Counted from the whole stretch's first letter, positions 11,512-26,700 are shown. The stretch is 63,238 nucleotides of DNA, filler included, from Intoshia linei (GCA_001642005.1; 7 parts of 7 records of this genome joined end to end with filler, not necessarily neighbours in it); one strand, 5' to 3'. A program made the numbers and translations. The notes: generated from the sequence alone by a model not told the origin.

Positions 11512-13486
11512 GATCAAACAAATGTAGTTTTTTTCGAGTTACATTTTCATTCTCATGTTAACAGTTTACGTGAATTATATCAATGTCATATTCATGTTCA
11601 AATTTCGATGGCGACATTAAGCAGCAATTTGGGTGGGTCCCACCATATAAAAATATATCTCTTTTTTTGAAATTTTTAATTTCACTATTTTTATGGTATT
11701 TAATGGTCCATTGCGTTATACGTTTTTAGGTGCTTGCATAAAATTAACATTTTTTATCTGTTTATTTTAGTTATATCTGCAGTTATTTGTAATACTTACA
11801 TACATACTTACTTGTAACTTATTGCGAAAATTTTAATTTTAACACTACGTGTAGTAAAATTTGAAAATTGTTATCATTTCCATACTACAATATAGTACTC
11901 CAAATTCTGCATATGCAATATACAACACATAATGCCAACATATATTCATAATTTAATATGCCAAAGATAAACTAGATCAGCGTTTCCAACTACTGGTGTA
12001 AAGTATAAATTCCCCACTATTTTAAACTCCATGATTAAAATATGCAAAAATTCATCATGTATAACTTTTAAAATTTTAATTTGATGCTACTCTATCCCCA
12101 TAAATTTGTCAATACATATATTTAGATTGATTTTTTATTTACAACCTTGTAAATTAAAGTAATTCATGTCTGTATGTCATTCAAAGTACTGTGCCATTGG
12201 GAAAATTTTAATTTATCATCACTGATTCATCAGTATAATTTTGCATATTTAAAATTGCCGAATTAAAAAATATATTAAGCTTATAAATTGATAAAAGTAT
12301 TAAAACTAAAGATATGTAAAAAAATTTAAAAAAAAAATTAATCACCGTTTTCCAGGGTGTATCATATATGATACTTTGGCTTTGAGTTACTTAAAAATAA
12401 AATAAACAGTTATATTTTGAATTAGTGATTATTTAATTAATAATACAGTGTCAATGTAATACCAATGTAAATTATGACTAATACATTAATAGAATCTGTA
12501 CGCACTGCGTACATTGAAAGTAAAAAAAAATTAAATAATGTAAATAGCCAGAATTCGAAAAATTCAATCATTAATAAAATCCAAAAAATTGAGCTAGAAA
12601 CAAATTTAAGAAAATTAACTGTATAACTAAACATAAAGAACAATATTATAAAGTCGGTACCACGTTTAAAAGATCAAACGCCAATTTCAGTTAGAATAAA
12701 GTTCAGTTTTAATTTCTACATAATACTTTTAAAGTGATATTTAAAATGACCAACCCAACTCGAATAGATAGCGTTAAATGTTTTTGATTGCGAATTAGTT
12801 TTTCTATTTTAAAGATACACACTTTTAGTGCTAATTGCCCTTGATTTTTTGATGGGTGTGACACCCTCATGTATATATATATATAAATAAATTATTTAAT
12901 TTAGTTTATTAGTAACTAATAAATTATTATTATAATAATACTATATTATTAAATATTTTAAATTAAATAGTTTATCATTATCAGACTTAAACTAGATCAG
13001 TGATATAATTAAAAGAATGCTTATTATATAATGATAATAAAAAATTAATTGTAAATTTGTATTAATACATCCAAGTCATATTAAATTAAAATTCTACTTT
13101 TATTATTGGAACATTAATTTAAAAAAATCAATCTAGCACCATGAATACAAAACCATTTTAAAAAATTTCCTGGATATAATTATAATGACGAAGAAAAAAG
13201 TCGCCAATTTTACTCCATAATCGACAACGTTAGTATGTATTATTTTTTGAGTTATCTTAGCATCGCTGACCAAAAAAATTTTTCAAAAATTAAAAAAACC
13301 ATGGGCACTCGAATTCAAAACATATTTTATATTTTTTTCTCGATTGGGATTTTTGCAGCTCCCTAAAATATTCAAAACAAATTTCTGAGTCAATACGTGA
13401 ATTTATATCACGTCTCAATGAAAAATTCAAAATGTCTTAATTTGATAGTTAAAGATATTGAACTATACAAATATATAACCCTAATG

Positions 13487-14608
13487 CAGTGGTTCTTAAC
13501 CTTTTTTGACCTATGCACCACAAATATTGATCTTAATGACTGTGTAACCCTGATTAAAAATCAATTAATACAATATTAACTATAAATAAAGTGTTAACTA
13601 GTTACTTAAATTAAACAGATACAATTTAAAAATTAAATCTAATTTGGTCATAATAATGGTCGTGGAGAGCCAGCAGTAGACCCGGGATCGATGGAAAGTA
13701 TAGGCCCCTATAAAAAAATTTTTAAAAATGGACCTCTATACATTAATTAATCGAACGTTCATTATCTAAAAATTAAAAATAATCATTGGAAATTGCATTG
13801 ATTATCGAAATTATGATATCTTAAGAAATTTTTCATCAATACCTATTAATAAATTAAATAAAGTAGTCCCTCATAATTGTAGACACGGGACATATGACCC
13901 TGTCTGTACTTACTTCAAACCTTTATGAAAACGTGTCAACTATCATATCCACTAAAAGCTTTGTAAGTACTACTGCAATGTTCAATAGATATATTATCTA
14001 TTTTCCATTGAAAAATATCGGAAAATTTAGTAGCCCTGGTCATACCACCAAATTCATTATTCAAAAATAGACTATTCAAATATAATGTTAAAGACTCAGA
14101 AAATAGACGAATTAAGTAGTAGTAAAAAACTTTTACATAACAATTGAACAAATTTATTTACATAAATTTTAATGGGATCGTTATTGTTGCTTTGATGAGA
14201 AGTAAGCTAAATCTTCGCTTGTTTTTGATAGGCACACTCGCATATCGGCACGGACATCTAATTTATTCCTTTTTCTTTTTTTTTAATTTGTTAGAATAGA
14301 AAATCCACCCTCACAAAACTATGTGGTAACAAAAGTAATAATTACTTCACAGGCAATTTCAGTCACAAATGGATAGATATTAAGCATACTACACCAAAAA
14401 CCACCAAATATCACATTTAAAGCTATTATAGTCATATATAATATATTTACCAAAGGGCCACTATAAAATTATCAATTATGTAATTTCACTCAATTAGAAA
14501 AAAATTATTTTATTAATGTAATTAAAAAAAATTGAAAATAGCTCTGTGCACATCAAAAATTGATTATGCACTTCTTGAGGTGCATGCACCCCCGATTAAG
14601 AACCACTG
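13487..14608. mobile_element. Non-autonomous hAT (Charlie/Buster-type) element
   Basis: TIR CAGTGGTTCTTAA / TTAAGAACCACTG with a perfect 8-bp TSD CCCTAATG (13479-13486, 14609-14616). No transposase ORF. Confidence 0.88.
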
Positions 14609-16899
14609 CCCTAATGGATATTCAATCAATTATTCTCATTTATGAAATTAACAAAAAATGTTTAAAGTAACACATTAACTGACGAAAATCTCTCATTTAT
14701 AGTAAACGAAGTAAAATAAATCATTTCTTATTGTGTTAACAAGCTAGTTCCCAGTTCGTTGTTTAAATCAATGGTTCTCAAACTTTTTTGACAGTGAACC
14801 ATTTGTAAAATAAAAAATTTGTTTTACCGTTATAGGCTATGATGCTCAACACGTTAGTAGGATAACTTTAAAAAAATAGTTTTTTTGATTTGTATGAAAT
14901 AACCACTAATAAAATATAGAATTCTATATAAAAAATTTTTTATAGCCTCAAGATCATATATTTACTTAAAAAATTATGTTAGTTGATTGTATATTGAATT
15001 TATAACGTCAATTATTATCTGGTTGACGTCACTTTTAAATACACTTTGTGTATTACACAATTATATCGATTATTATTAGAATTTTTTCCAAAGTTGACGT
15101 TACAAAAAATTTGATGATGCTGCCTGCCACGTATTTAGTTTGACATGTTTAGTATACATTCTATAGTTTACATATATTTTTTATCTTATACTAATAATTC
15201 CATTTATTATTCGTGTTATTTTAATTAATTATAATTATTGTACAAATTTAATATGCATACAAATGTATGTATACTTGATAATGTTAATCTTTAATTAGAT
15301 AATTTGATTTTCCATTATATTTTTAAAAACTATTTAAATTTATAACATTACAGGCACCTTGGCCATGGTTACCGCCGTCAATAGCATAGTATTATTTAAC
15401 AAATAATTGTTTTTACTGTTTATTTACAATTTTTTGTATCAATATCAAATAATATTGCCATCTTTTCACCCAAAAAGCCCATTTCTGTCAACCGAGACCA
15501 AGAGCTAACATATTAAAATAAGGATTAAATTCAATAAATAGAAATACCGTTGATGCAAATCTAAAATGTTAATACATGCAGCCACTAAACAAGTAATATT
15601 AATACAAATGATATCATCATTTAGTGAAAAAAGTCACACAGTGACTTTACTTGTTACTTTCAATCATACATACTCTATTATTGTAAATATACATAATCCC
15701 CAAAGATTAATAAATGACCATGTGTTAACTATTCAAAGAATTGGTTCCAATATGTCTAGTCTTAAAATTGCATCAACATGTGTAAATGATTTAATTTCTA
15801 CATTATGATAACATATAAACTTGTAAATTAAAACATTCAATACTTTTATTTCTAGCAACAATTGTATATTTAATGCAATTTTTCCCGTTTATCGTGTAAT
15901 CGATTGACAACACAATATAAATTATCACTGCATTATTGATAAGAAGATGAATTACAAAAGATGAAATTTTACTTATCTATGTCACTCTACAACGCGATTA
16001 TATAAAAAATTGACATTTTTTAATTGCAAACATGTGCTCAATATCAGTTTACCGTTTGTGTAGACATTTTTCATATTATATAATTAATGATTAACTATTA
16101 TACAATTATTTTAAAATCAATCAATTGCGTTTGTATTTGTAAACATAGCTTGTATAAATCATTTTATTAATGTTTTGATTTATATTCACTTTTAGCTGCA
16201 AAATTTTTGAAATTTGATCAACCTTAGAATTGTGGTGCAATTTTAATTCATAAAAAATGAATAAATTTCGGTTTTGCAGTATCTGTAGAGTATTTGTTTT
16301 TTTGCAAATTTTTTATATTCCTACCAAAACTAGACACAGAAAAAACAGTAATCGTAAAGGTAACTTTTATGTATATATACTACAAAATATTATTACATAA
16401 TAATGTATATTCGGACAATGAGTGAATACTTTTATTTTACTTTTATTTTCTTGAAAAAACATTTATGGGTAAAATATAAATAATGTGGATTTCCGACAAT
16501 CCTGTTTCAATATATTAAAATTCAGAATAATCTTTAATTTATTAACATTTATATTATCAATATAATAATATTCACTAACGTTAATCCATATTTTAACAAA
16601 ATTCACTTATAAAAGGGATTTCGTCGATCGTATATTTAAATAAAAATAATAATCTCATAAAAGTAACTACCTCATCGAAATAATTTAAATTATTTTAATA
16701 AAACGAGATTCTCTATAATGTGAATTTTCAACTGTAACCAAGTTTCTCAAAAAATTAAACATTCAAAATTAAGGTACTCTGACGCCCATTAATATGGTAC
16801 ATTAGTTTTTATGTAATTTTTGGTACATATTACAAAAATTGTAATCTTACGTTTTAAATCAATAAAAATAACAATACAGTAAATATATTGATAATATTT

Positions 16900-19800
16900 T
16901 AAGATAAATAACATAATCTAACCTCTATATTAATTATTATATTTACATGTTTGTTGAAATTAAAAAACATTATTGAATGTATGAAATGTATATACGGTCA
17001 CTTTCATAATTACATATACACTATAAATATTTTTAAATGTTTTGCATGTTTTTCAATTTATTAGTGAATGTAATTATAATTTTTGATTTTAATTTTATGG
17101 TCATTATAGTTATGGATATAATTGAGATAATAAAAANATATTAATTATTATATTTACATGTTCGTTGAAATTAAAAAACATTATTGAATGTATTAAATGT
17201 ATATACGGTCACTTTCATAATTACGTCAACACTAAAAATATTTTTAAATGTTTTGCATGTTTTTCAATTTATTAGTGAATGTAATTATAATTTTTGATTT
17301 TAATTTTATGGTCATTATAGTTATGGATATGATTGAGATAATACAAAAATAAATTCAGTTTTTGCTTTATTTTTAAATTAATTGTAATAAAAAAAAATAC
17401 AATTATATTCAATTTTGACAAATAAACGATTCAAAAGTATTTCAACACCATCATAAATTTAAAATAATTCATAATTAAATGTATAGATTTTATCTGATTC
17501 TTTTTAAAAACAGAGAATTAAATCATCAAGAACAAATTTTAATATTAAAATTATACGAAGAAGAAAAATCATTGCGTGAAATTGGCTAACAAGTGGGTCG
17601 GCCCTAAATAACCATTTCTGAACCCCTGAAACGACTCCGGGAAAATAAAAGTAATAAATAAGTGGAAGAACTGGTCGAAGAAGGTTATCTGATATCCGCT
17701 TTGACAGAAATCCTATTAGATTACACAAAATTCAACCTCAAATGAGTTTATCCCAATGAAAAACTCAATGGACCATAGATGCAAGCAACCGCACAGTTCG
17801 TAGGAGGCTGATTAAAAATGGAATAAAATGTTATGGAGTTAGCCAAAGACCCCGGCTTTTTGTGTAAAAAATTTCTAATCGTTTAAGTTTCTGCTCCTAG
17901 ATAAGATAAGAGAGATAAGAGTCATATTAGATATGATAACATGTACATTAGAGCTGTTCATTTTTTACAAAATTTTCGATTCGAAAAAAATCCACCCCTA
18001 CCTTGAATAGGGTACTTTAAAACGCATAAAAATAAAATTTTAAAAAAAATGACCTAAAAAATGTGTACCCTTTTTGAATTTTAAGGTTTTCGCGCGCTTT
18101 TTCCCCTTTTTCTTAATTGGCGCCATTTCTTTTTTTCTAAAGATGGATATGATTAATGTATGACCCACTAAAACATATGCCAAATTTGCACATAAAAATT
18201 TTAATATTTAACCTTACAGGGTGTTTTTNATAACATAATCTAACCTCTATATTAATTATTATATTTACATGTTCGTTGAAATTAAAAAACATTATTGAAT
18301 GTATTAAATGTATATACGGTCACTTTCATAATTACGTCAACACTAAAAATATTTTTAAATGTTTTGCATGTTTTTCAATTTATTAGTGAATGTAATTATA
18401 ATTTTTGATTTTAATTTTATGGTCATTATAGTTATGGATATAATTGAGATAATAAAAAAATAAATTCAGTTTTTGCTTTATTTTTAAATTAATTGCAATA
18501 AAAACAAAATACAATTATTATTATTATTAATATATTTAATTTTGACAAATGAACGATTCAAAAGTATGTCAACATTATCATAAATTTAAAATAATTCATA
18601 ATTAAATTGATAGATTTCATCTGATTCTTTTTAAAAACAAAGAATTAAATCATCAAGAACAAATTTTAATATTAAAATTATACGAAAAAAAAAAATTATT
18701 GCGTGAAATTGGCAAACAAGTGGGTCGGCCCTAAATAACCATTTCTAAACCTTTGAAACGGCTCCGGGAAAATAGAAGTAATAAATAAGTGGGATAACTG
18801 GTCGAAGAAGGTTACCTGATATCCGCTTTGACAGAAATCCTATTAGATTACACGAAATTCAACCTCAAATGAGTTTATCCCAATGAAAAACTCAATGGAC
18901 CATAGATGCAAGCAACTGCACAGTTCGTAGGAGGCTAATTAAAAATGGAATAAAATGTTATGGAGTTAGCCAAAGACCCCGGCTTTCTGTGTAAAAAATT
19001 TTTAACCGTTTAAATTTCTGCTCCGATTACTGTAGTTGGTCAATCGATGCATGGCAAAGAGTCATATTAGATATGATAGCATGTACATTAGGGCTGTTCA
19101 TTTTTTACAAAATTTTCGATTCGAAAAAAATCTACCCCCCCCCTATTTTGAAGAGGGTACTTTAAAACCCATAAAAANATTAAAAATGGAATAAAATGTT
19201 ATGGAGTTAGCCAAAGACCCCGGCTTTTTGTGTAAAAAATTTCTAATCGTTTAAGTTTCTGCTCCTAGATAAGATAAGAGAGATAAGAGTCATATTAGAT
19301 ATGATAACATGTACATTAGAGCTGTTCATTTTTTACAAAATTTTCGATTCGAAAAAAATCCACCCCTACCTTGAATAGGGTACTTTAAAACGCATAAAAA
19401 TAAAATTTTAAAAAAAATGACCTAAAAAATGTGTACCCTTTTTGAATTTTAAGGTTTTCGCGCGCTTTTTCCCCTTTTTCTTAATTGGCGCCATTTCTTT
19501 TTTTCTAAAGATGGATATGATTAATGTATGACCCACTAAAACATATGCCAAATTTGCACATAAAAATTTTAATATTTAACCTTACAGGGTGTTTTTTCCT
19601 TAAAACGTGGTTTTTGTAATATTGGTCAAATTTAAAAATACTAACATTTATAATAACAATNAAATAAAATTTTAGAAAAAATGACCTAAAAAATGTGTAC
19701 CCTTTTTGAATTTTAAGGTTTTCGCGCGCTTTTTCGCCTTTTTCTGAATTGGCGCTATTTCTTTTTTTTTAAATTTTCATGTTCATCAATTAACTTTTCA

Positions 19801-20620
19801 TGATTAATGTATGACCCACTAAGACATATGCCAAATTTGCACATAAAAATTTTAATATTTAACCTCACAGGGTGTTTTTTCCTTAAAAAGTGGTTTTTGT
19901 AATATTGGTCAAATTTAAAAATACTAACATTTATAATAACAATAAATTTATTTTAAATATGAAAATCTGAGTTTCCCATGTAAAATTCAGTTATTAACGT
20001 TTTAAACACATTTTAATTAAAAAAAGTAATATGAACTCTCTAGAAGCCGAACTAAAAAATTAAACTGTGTTTGTTCTAATCGATTAATTTTTATAATTTT
20101 TGTATGACGATATGTAAATTGTTATGCAGATTCGAGGCAATTGAGTGTAGTTTTTTTATATTATTAGTTTCTTCGTTTTAATTAATTAAAATCAAGAAAA
20201 AAACAAAAATACTTTATCTTGAAAAAATTACGATAAATCATGAAAACAATAGTTTTTAAAATTTTAAATATTTATTTTGTTAAAATTTAACAGTAANCCA
20301 TGTTGAAATTCAGTTATTAACGTTTTAAACACATTTTAATGAAAAAAAGTAATATGAACTCTCTAGAAGCCGAGCTAAAAAATTGAACTGTGTTTGTTCT
20401 AATCGATTAATTTTTATAATTTTTGTATGACGATATGTAAAATGTTATGCAGATTCGAGGCAATTGAGTGTAGTTTTTTTTGTATTATTAGTTTCTTCGT
20501 TTTAATTAATTAAAATCAATAAAAAAACGAAAATACTTTATTATCTTGAAAAAATTACGATAAATCATGAAAACAATAGTTTTTAAAATTTTAAATATTT
20601 ATTTTGTTAAAATTTAACAG
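16900..20620. repeat. Block of near-identical interleaved duplications separated by single Ns (probable uncollapsed haplotypes or overlapping contigs)
   Basis: Segments restart after each single n (17137, 18229, 19178, 19661, 20297). Examples: 17138-17930 matches 18250-19075, 17810-18228 matches 19179-19600, and 19977-20296 matches 20298-20620. Confidence 0.85.
18635..19078 (+). pseudogene. Tc1-like transposase N-terminal remnant (second copy at ~17505-17935), cut off by a hATm-like insertion
   Basis: Translation: KELNHQEQILILKLYEKKKLLREIGKQVGRP*ITISK...SNCTVRRRLIKNGIKCYGVSQRPRLSV*KIFNRLNFCSDYCSWSIDAWQRVIL, i.e. the paired HTH region up to just before the first catalytic D, with stops. Confidence 0.75.
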
Positions 20621-21078
20621 TAATTTTGTTTCAATATCAACAATATTACGGTCGACAAATTTTTTTACATATCCCAGAGATCTCTCACAAATTTCATTTG
20701 TAACATCCACATTGGTAGGATATGATCGCAACATATAATTCAGATTAAAGCATTCCAATGTTTTACTTTCAAGTATTTCTCGTAATAATTCAATTGATTC
20801 AGTTTGTCTTCTACAAGTGAACCAAGCAAGCGCCCAGTAATCGACAACAAATTTGCACGCATCAATTATAGCTACAGATTTGTCTGAAATAAGTAGATAA
20901 TATTTTAACAGATAGTTAGCTTTGTTATTCCAGCGAGCTTTAGACAAAGGTCCCAATTTTCTGATTGAAATAATAGGATATACCCCGGTATTTAACAAAT
21001 ATTTTACTGCCTCATATAATCCAAATAACTCTGAATAATCGTTTCTACTGCACCTTGAATATTTAATTTCAATTCCTG
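19088..21078 (-). mobile_element. hAT-superfamily (probably hATm-type) element, 3' half with transposase remnant at 20591..21078
   Basis: Terminus TTAGGGCTGTTCATTTTTTAC. Minus-strand peptide RNDYSELFGL...LGPLSKARWNNKANYLLK...VTNEICERSLG resembles the RDDYRELLEL / ARWMAKAIY / VVNDxAERGV motifs I associate with hATm transposases (recalled, not searched). Truncated by the gap. An inverted copy lies at 51350..52487. Confidence 0.65.
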
Positions 21079-21178
21079 NNNNNNNNNNNNNNNNNNNNNN
21101 NNNNNNNNNNNNNNNNNNNNNNTTAATTAATTAANNNNNNNNNNNNNNNNNNNNNNNNNNNNNNNNNNNNNNNNNNNN
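21079..21178. other. Artificial contig spacer (N44-TTAATTAATTAA-N44); also at 41108-41207, 50981-51080, 54671-54770, 59031-59130, 60773-60872
   Basis: Identical 100-nt pattern six times. TTAATTAATTAA places stop codons in all six frames. Confidence 0.97.
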
Positions 21179-23719
21179 GTCCATAAAAGTAATTAGAAAA
21201 TTCAGTTGATAATTCAATATTATAATCCTGTTCAATATAGAGAGCAATACGAAAAACAGCAACAAAATAAATTTATTGTGAATTTAGTATTGATATTAAT
21301 TTGATCATAAAAATTTAATCTGACACATTTATAATTTACATAACATTGTATTTCATAGCTCATGTCATAAAATTTATAAATGGTGCAAAATTATAGGCTA
21401 ACTAAATTTCATTGAATAAAATCGTCCATAAAATGGACACTGCGCGAGTACTAAAGGGTTAACCAGTCTATTATAGTCAGATATAATTAATTCAACATGG
21501 AAATGAATAGATTATTTTAAAGCAGTTAAAACGAAATATAATGCAAAAAGATAAAATTGGTCCCTACCAACCCCAGTTAAGAATTAAATGCTGCAGAACC
21601 AACCAGAGCTAATGGAAAAAATAAATTTTCAGGATTCTGAAAACTCGATGATTTTACATAGCAATGATACAAAAATTCATGGCATTCGCATATTGAATAA
21701 TAGAATTTTCATCAAATTTAAAGTAAATTTTATACATATTTAAAAAATATGTAATCTCATTTACTATTACAATTATTATTGTAATCTTTACTTATACCGC
21801 CACCTACATCCACCCGAGATGTTTTCAATGTACCCTATCCGTTAATTTTGTTACAAACTATTTTTACTTATCTAATGTAGTTATTTAATAGTTGTTCTCT
21901 ATTTATATGATATGATAATCTATATCTATTAAGGTGTCACACTCATCAAATAATCAAGGGCAATTAGCACTACAAGTGTGTATTTCTAAAATAGAAAAAC
22001 TTATTCGCAATCAAAAACATTTAACGCTATCCAGTCGAGTTGCGTTTGTCATTTTAAATATCACTGTATAAATATTATGGAGAAATTACAACTAAAGTTT
22101 ATTTTAACGAAAATTGGCGTTTGAGTCTTTAAACGTAGTATCGAATTTATAGTATTGTTCTCCATGTTTCGTTATACAGTTAATTTTTTTAAATTTTATT
22201 TTAAAATAGCAAACATTTTATATGAATATATAAATACTGTTTATATAGTCATGTTTGCACAATGAAAGTCATGTTTGTATTTTATATGGTCATTTTTTAA
22301 AATTGATGGTAATGATCGGAAAATATATGATAATAATGATAATCATAGGAAATTAATATTAACTATGCCTTAGCTTGATTGACTATTACTATATGAGGCT
22401 TGAGTATCATCAATAATTGATCATATTTTTGCGATTTTAAATATTATTTTTTTATTGCATTGAAGTGATATGAATTCAAATTTTCTTAACAATTCATTAT
22501 TATTTTTTTTTAAATTGTATAATGAATATTGAAATTTTTAATTTTAATCCAATCAAAAGTTGTTTTCACCGGGAATGCGTAGATTTTAGGCTTGAAATTT
22601 AGTATGTATATCAACTGGAATAAGCTGTATCATTTTTTAATTGTACCGTTAATTATTTCAAATTTTTTGTGTGTGATAACTTAATATAACTCCATTAACT
22701 GTATTTTTTTTAAAAATTCTAGGACTATTTTCATTTTATAAAAAAAGAATAATTTGCGGAATAATTTTTGATAGTGATAAAACATCACTTTGGAAAAACT
22801 GTATGAGAAAAGGGGATCGTAAAAATCTGCGCCTTTTACTTGCTTAAATAAATCGTAACAAATGAATAAACAGACGTATATTTTTAACTAAATTACTTTA
22901 TATACAAGTAAGGATATGAATATTTATCCATTTAAATTTTCATATTATATTGAATTATATTTGAATTCATTATATTCTATGGTCAATGCCGGTGATCATT
23001 TCATACTTTTAACTTGAATGTTATCCAAGTATCTATTCACTATTTTTCATTTTATATAGTGATTTTTTGCAATTATCTGGAAAAATCCCAAATTCAATAT
23101 GAATTTTATTAGTTATATATATAGTTGTCTTTATATACTGTATATCATGCACACATGTTTTAGGAGCCTACAACTGGTTTTGTGGGTCGAATTAAAAATT
23201 CATTTAAATTATATTATTTGGCGTCAGCACTAATCACAATTGTCTTACAATATAACTGTTACGGTTATACATTACCAATGGTTTATAAATAAGAGGATAG
23301 TGGCCATGATTTATGGAACGTAATCAAAAATACATTTACTAATGGATCATATTATTAATATTATATTATTTAAGAAAACGTAATATTGTGTGATTAACTA
23401 TTAATAATGTTATAATAACTTCTACTTAGTAAAAAAATGAGTTTATATGAATCAAGTCAATGGCTTTGGGATAAATTTCGAAAATCTGTCAACTCTCTAA
23501 TAAGTATTAAAAATTTTTCTATAAAAATAAACAAAAGTTGATAAATTTTTTATATATATTTTATTTAAATCTCACGGACCCAGACGTATAGTTTTCAATC
23601 ACAATCAGGAACCACTGCCATAAAGCCAACTTGATAATGGAACTTGTTAATATTATATAAAAAATAACCTAAATCCCACAAAAGTGATTTTGAATTGAAA
23701 TCTTAAATGTAATATTTAA

Positions 23720-26700
23720 TCAGAAAATGGTACATTCGTCTTTGTAAAGAGATTTTTTCATTTTGTTGCTAATAATTGCAATATTGACAATTCTTTTAAA
23801 TTTTTGTTTCAATTTCATTTGAGGCCTTTTAAAACCTACCCTACATGGAACTTTGGCTAGTTTATCGTAAACATAACTGACTTGATCATAATTTGAATCT
23901 GTATTTTTTTTATTGCCAACATTATTAATAGTTTGGGTCCAATCGACGCCAACATCACAAGCAATCATGTGTGATAATGTGCCATCTTCTGAAGCAATAA
24001 GGATACTATCACAATTATCGGAATTACCAACACGTTTGATATCTTTAATTTTACCATTATATTCCATTTCCCCGATACATTTCTGATCTAAAACCCTGAA
24101 AATGGAAATTTTTCTAGTTCCATTATGATAATATATTAAATGCTTTCCATTATTTACAAAAAGAGTAATATTAGAATAAATGCCTTGAGGTGTAGGTGGA
24201 ATGAAAATAGTTTTTTCACCAATAAAATAAGAGGAACGAGAATTTTTAGTATCGATATTTGAAATTGGTAGTTTATGAGTACTTTTAGAATTGCTTAGAA
24301 TTATAGATAATGAAATTAGTTCTAAACCGCCTGAATCTGGCGCAATGACAATGTATTTTCCATCCGGACTACACACACCATTCCACCCGTAAATTTTATT
24401 TATAACGAGTTTACGTTTTTTAATATCCCAAATTTGACCAAATGCATCTGGTACATCCACTGAACCAACAATTCCAATTAAATGTTTATTGGACGGTAAT
24501 GTAGTTATGGCGGAATAATTCATACATTGAACCAGCAAAATTTTGTGTATGAAAAACCCGCTCGAAGAATGATACAATTCAATAGATTCACATTTTTCAT
24601 TGGTATTGTATGTTGGTAAAACAAAATACAGGTTATCTGACGACAAAATGGTTTTTCGCATTTTTAAAGATTTAAAATTGACGGAATATAATACATTTGA
24701 AGATGCCTTTGTATCAACATCAAAACAAGTGACATAACAGGAACACGTTAAATTTGTATATTCGTCAGAAATCCGAGACAATGAATTTGACTTGTTTATG
24801 TTCTTCTTTGGTTGAAAAATATCCCCCTCGGTTGAAACTCTGGAAAGTTTGTGTAATTTTGTTGAAGAGGTTAGATTTATCTTAGACGATGCATTGTTAA
24901 TGGGAATTGGCGAAATAGACTGGGTATTATTTGCCGTTAAATTATTTTTCGTTTTTTTGTGGCAACTGTCATGTATAACTAAACATTGAATTTCTAACCC
25001 CGATTTAACAATTAAAACTTGAAAAATTTCATAAATGGGTACAGTTATAATTTTTTTGCGCAACTTAAAGTTCCAAATTGATAACCAATCCTTTTCAGCA
25101 CATACAATGATGTTTGATGGAAAATTAATGTCGATATCTCGGATAGATGCTGAATATGAAGAATTTGGTGTAAATTCGTGAATTATTGTACCATTATCAA
25201 TGTTCCACTCTGCGATACTGGTTCTAGTGTGAGTAATGATACGTGTGTCGTTTAAAGAATTTTCCTCATCATTTTTGGTTGTATGGATTTTTTCAATAGG
25301 TTTTACTTGGCGGTGGATTTTTACAATTTCATCCAACAAATTATCCACATTCCAAACCTTTATTGATTTATCTATTGAAGAAGTCACAATTTTGTTTACA
25401 TTTCTACAAATTGCCGGTAATAACGTAATTATACGTGAATAATGGTCCTCCAAAGTAACAATTGAATGAATTGTATTTTTTTTACTTTTTTTATTCAATT
25501 CCAATTTCCAAATGTAAATATTTTTTTTATTGGAAACTACAAAATATTCATTATCCTTTGTGAATAAAACATTCTTAGATACTGAAACCTTATTTGAAAA
25601 ATTTCTTACATCGATCGGTAACAGACAATTCACTAATGGACTTGTGGCGGTTGTAATTTCAAAATTTTGCAATACATCTGCTAAAGAAAATATTTGAAAC
25701 CCTATGGAATAAGTTGTAACTAGAAACAATCCGTCTTCCGATAAACACATGGAATATAGCTGTTTGGCATTTTCGTAGAATAACGTCTTTGTATTCCATT
25801 TATACGAATTCCCTTTTGTAATTGAATACGAAAAACTGTAAATGTTGTAGTCTTGATGAAGTAAACAACAAAATAATCTAATGTAAGGAAATTTACCTTG
25901 AATTATTTTGCTAAAAACAAACGTATTCATAGTCACGAGAGGTTTTGAGGCATCATTTAGATTTTCGGCAACGGGTAAAATAGATATCGTAACCGGTTTA
26001 TCAAGTTCCCCATATTTTCCAACAGTGTTGTTGTAAACGATGGAAGTGTTTGAAATACCGTTAACCCGATGTAGAACAATTGTATTAATAGAAAAATAAC
26101 TTTCACTAATAGTTTCATCAAAAACACATTCAAATTCTTTTTCAATAGAGTAAATACACCAATACTTTTCGGACCATGTAACAATATATTTGTTATTCAT
26201 TGTACTGCCGATAATCTTTCCACTACACTTAAATTTCAAATTAAAAATTTTGAAGGTCCGCATATCTAGCGCAATCAAGTGATTCAAATTGGAATAAGAA
26301 GAAATGTAGCATTCGTTTGGAGAAATTATCAAATTTTGCATTATTGCGGCATCAATGTTTAAGGAAATCTCCTTCAAAAGCTCCCCTGAGGCAATATTCC
26401 AAATAAAAATTACATTAGATATCGAAACCAACTGAAGAATACTATCATCCTTAGAGTCAATAGATTTCATTATAGCCATACCAAAAGGCGCTAAACGATG
26501 TTGCTCGAAACTAAACTGTATGGGTCCGCCAGGAGTATGTAAATATCTATGATATGGACAAAAGGCATTAATGGAAATACCTACTTCAGAATAACACTGG
26601 TCTATCAACTTTCTAATATTATCAAACTGATTATAATACGGCAATAACCGGCCCACAATGTGACAGCCCAGCATACGAGGACATCTCGTTATCAAAGACG

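Noticed and set aside
13130-15900. Possible exon-like pieces (13140-13230, 14620-14750 on +; 15350-15810 on -)
   Set aside because: There are splice-like signals and short coding-looking runs, but I could not assemble a stop-free, phase-consistent model or recognise a family.
16900-20620. Apparent tandem array or CRISPR-like repeat region
   Set aside because: The units are hundreds of bp long, with no short repeat-spacer periodicity and no cas genes. Each restart coincides with a single-N join, pointing to redundant haplotype or contig overlap. The same applies at 49050 and 56456.
21079-21178. Repeated TTAATTAATTAA palindromes as a biological repeat or recombination site
   Set aside because: Each is centred in an identical 100-nt N spacer and encodes six-frame stops, so it is an assembly or concatenation linker.
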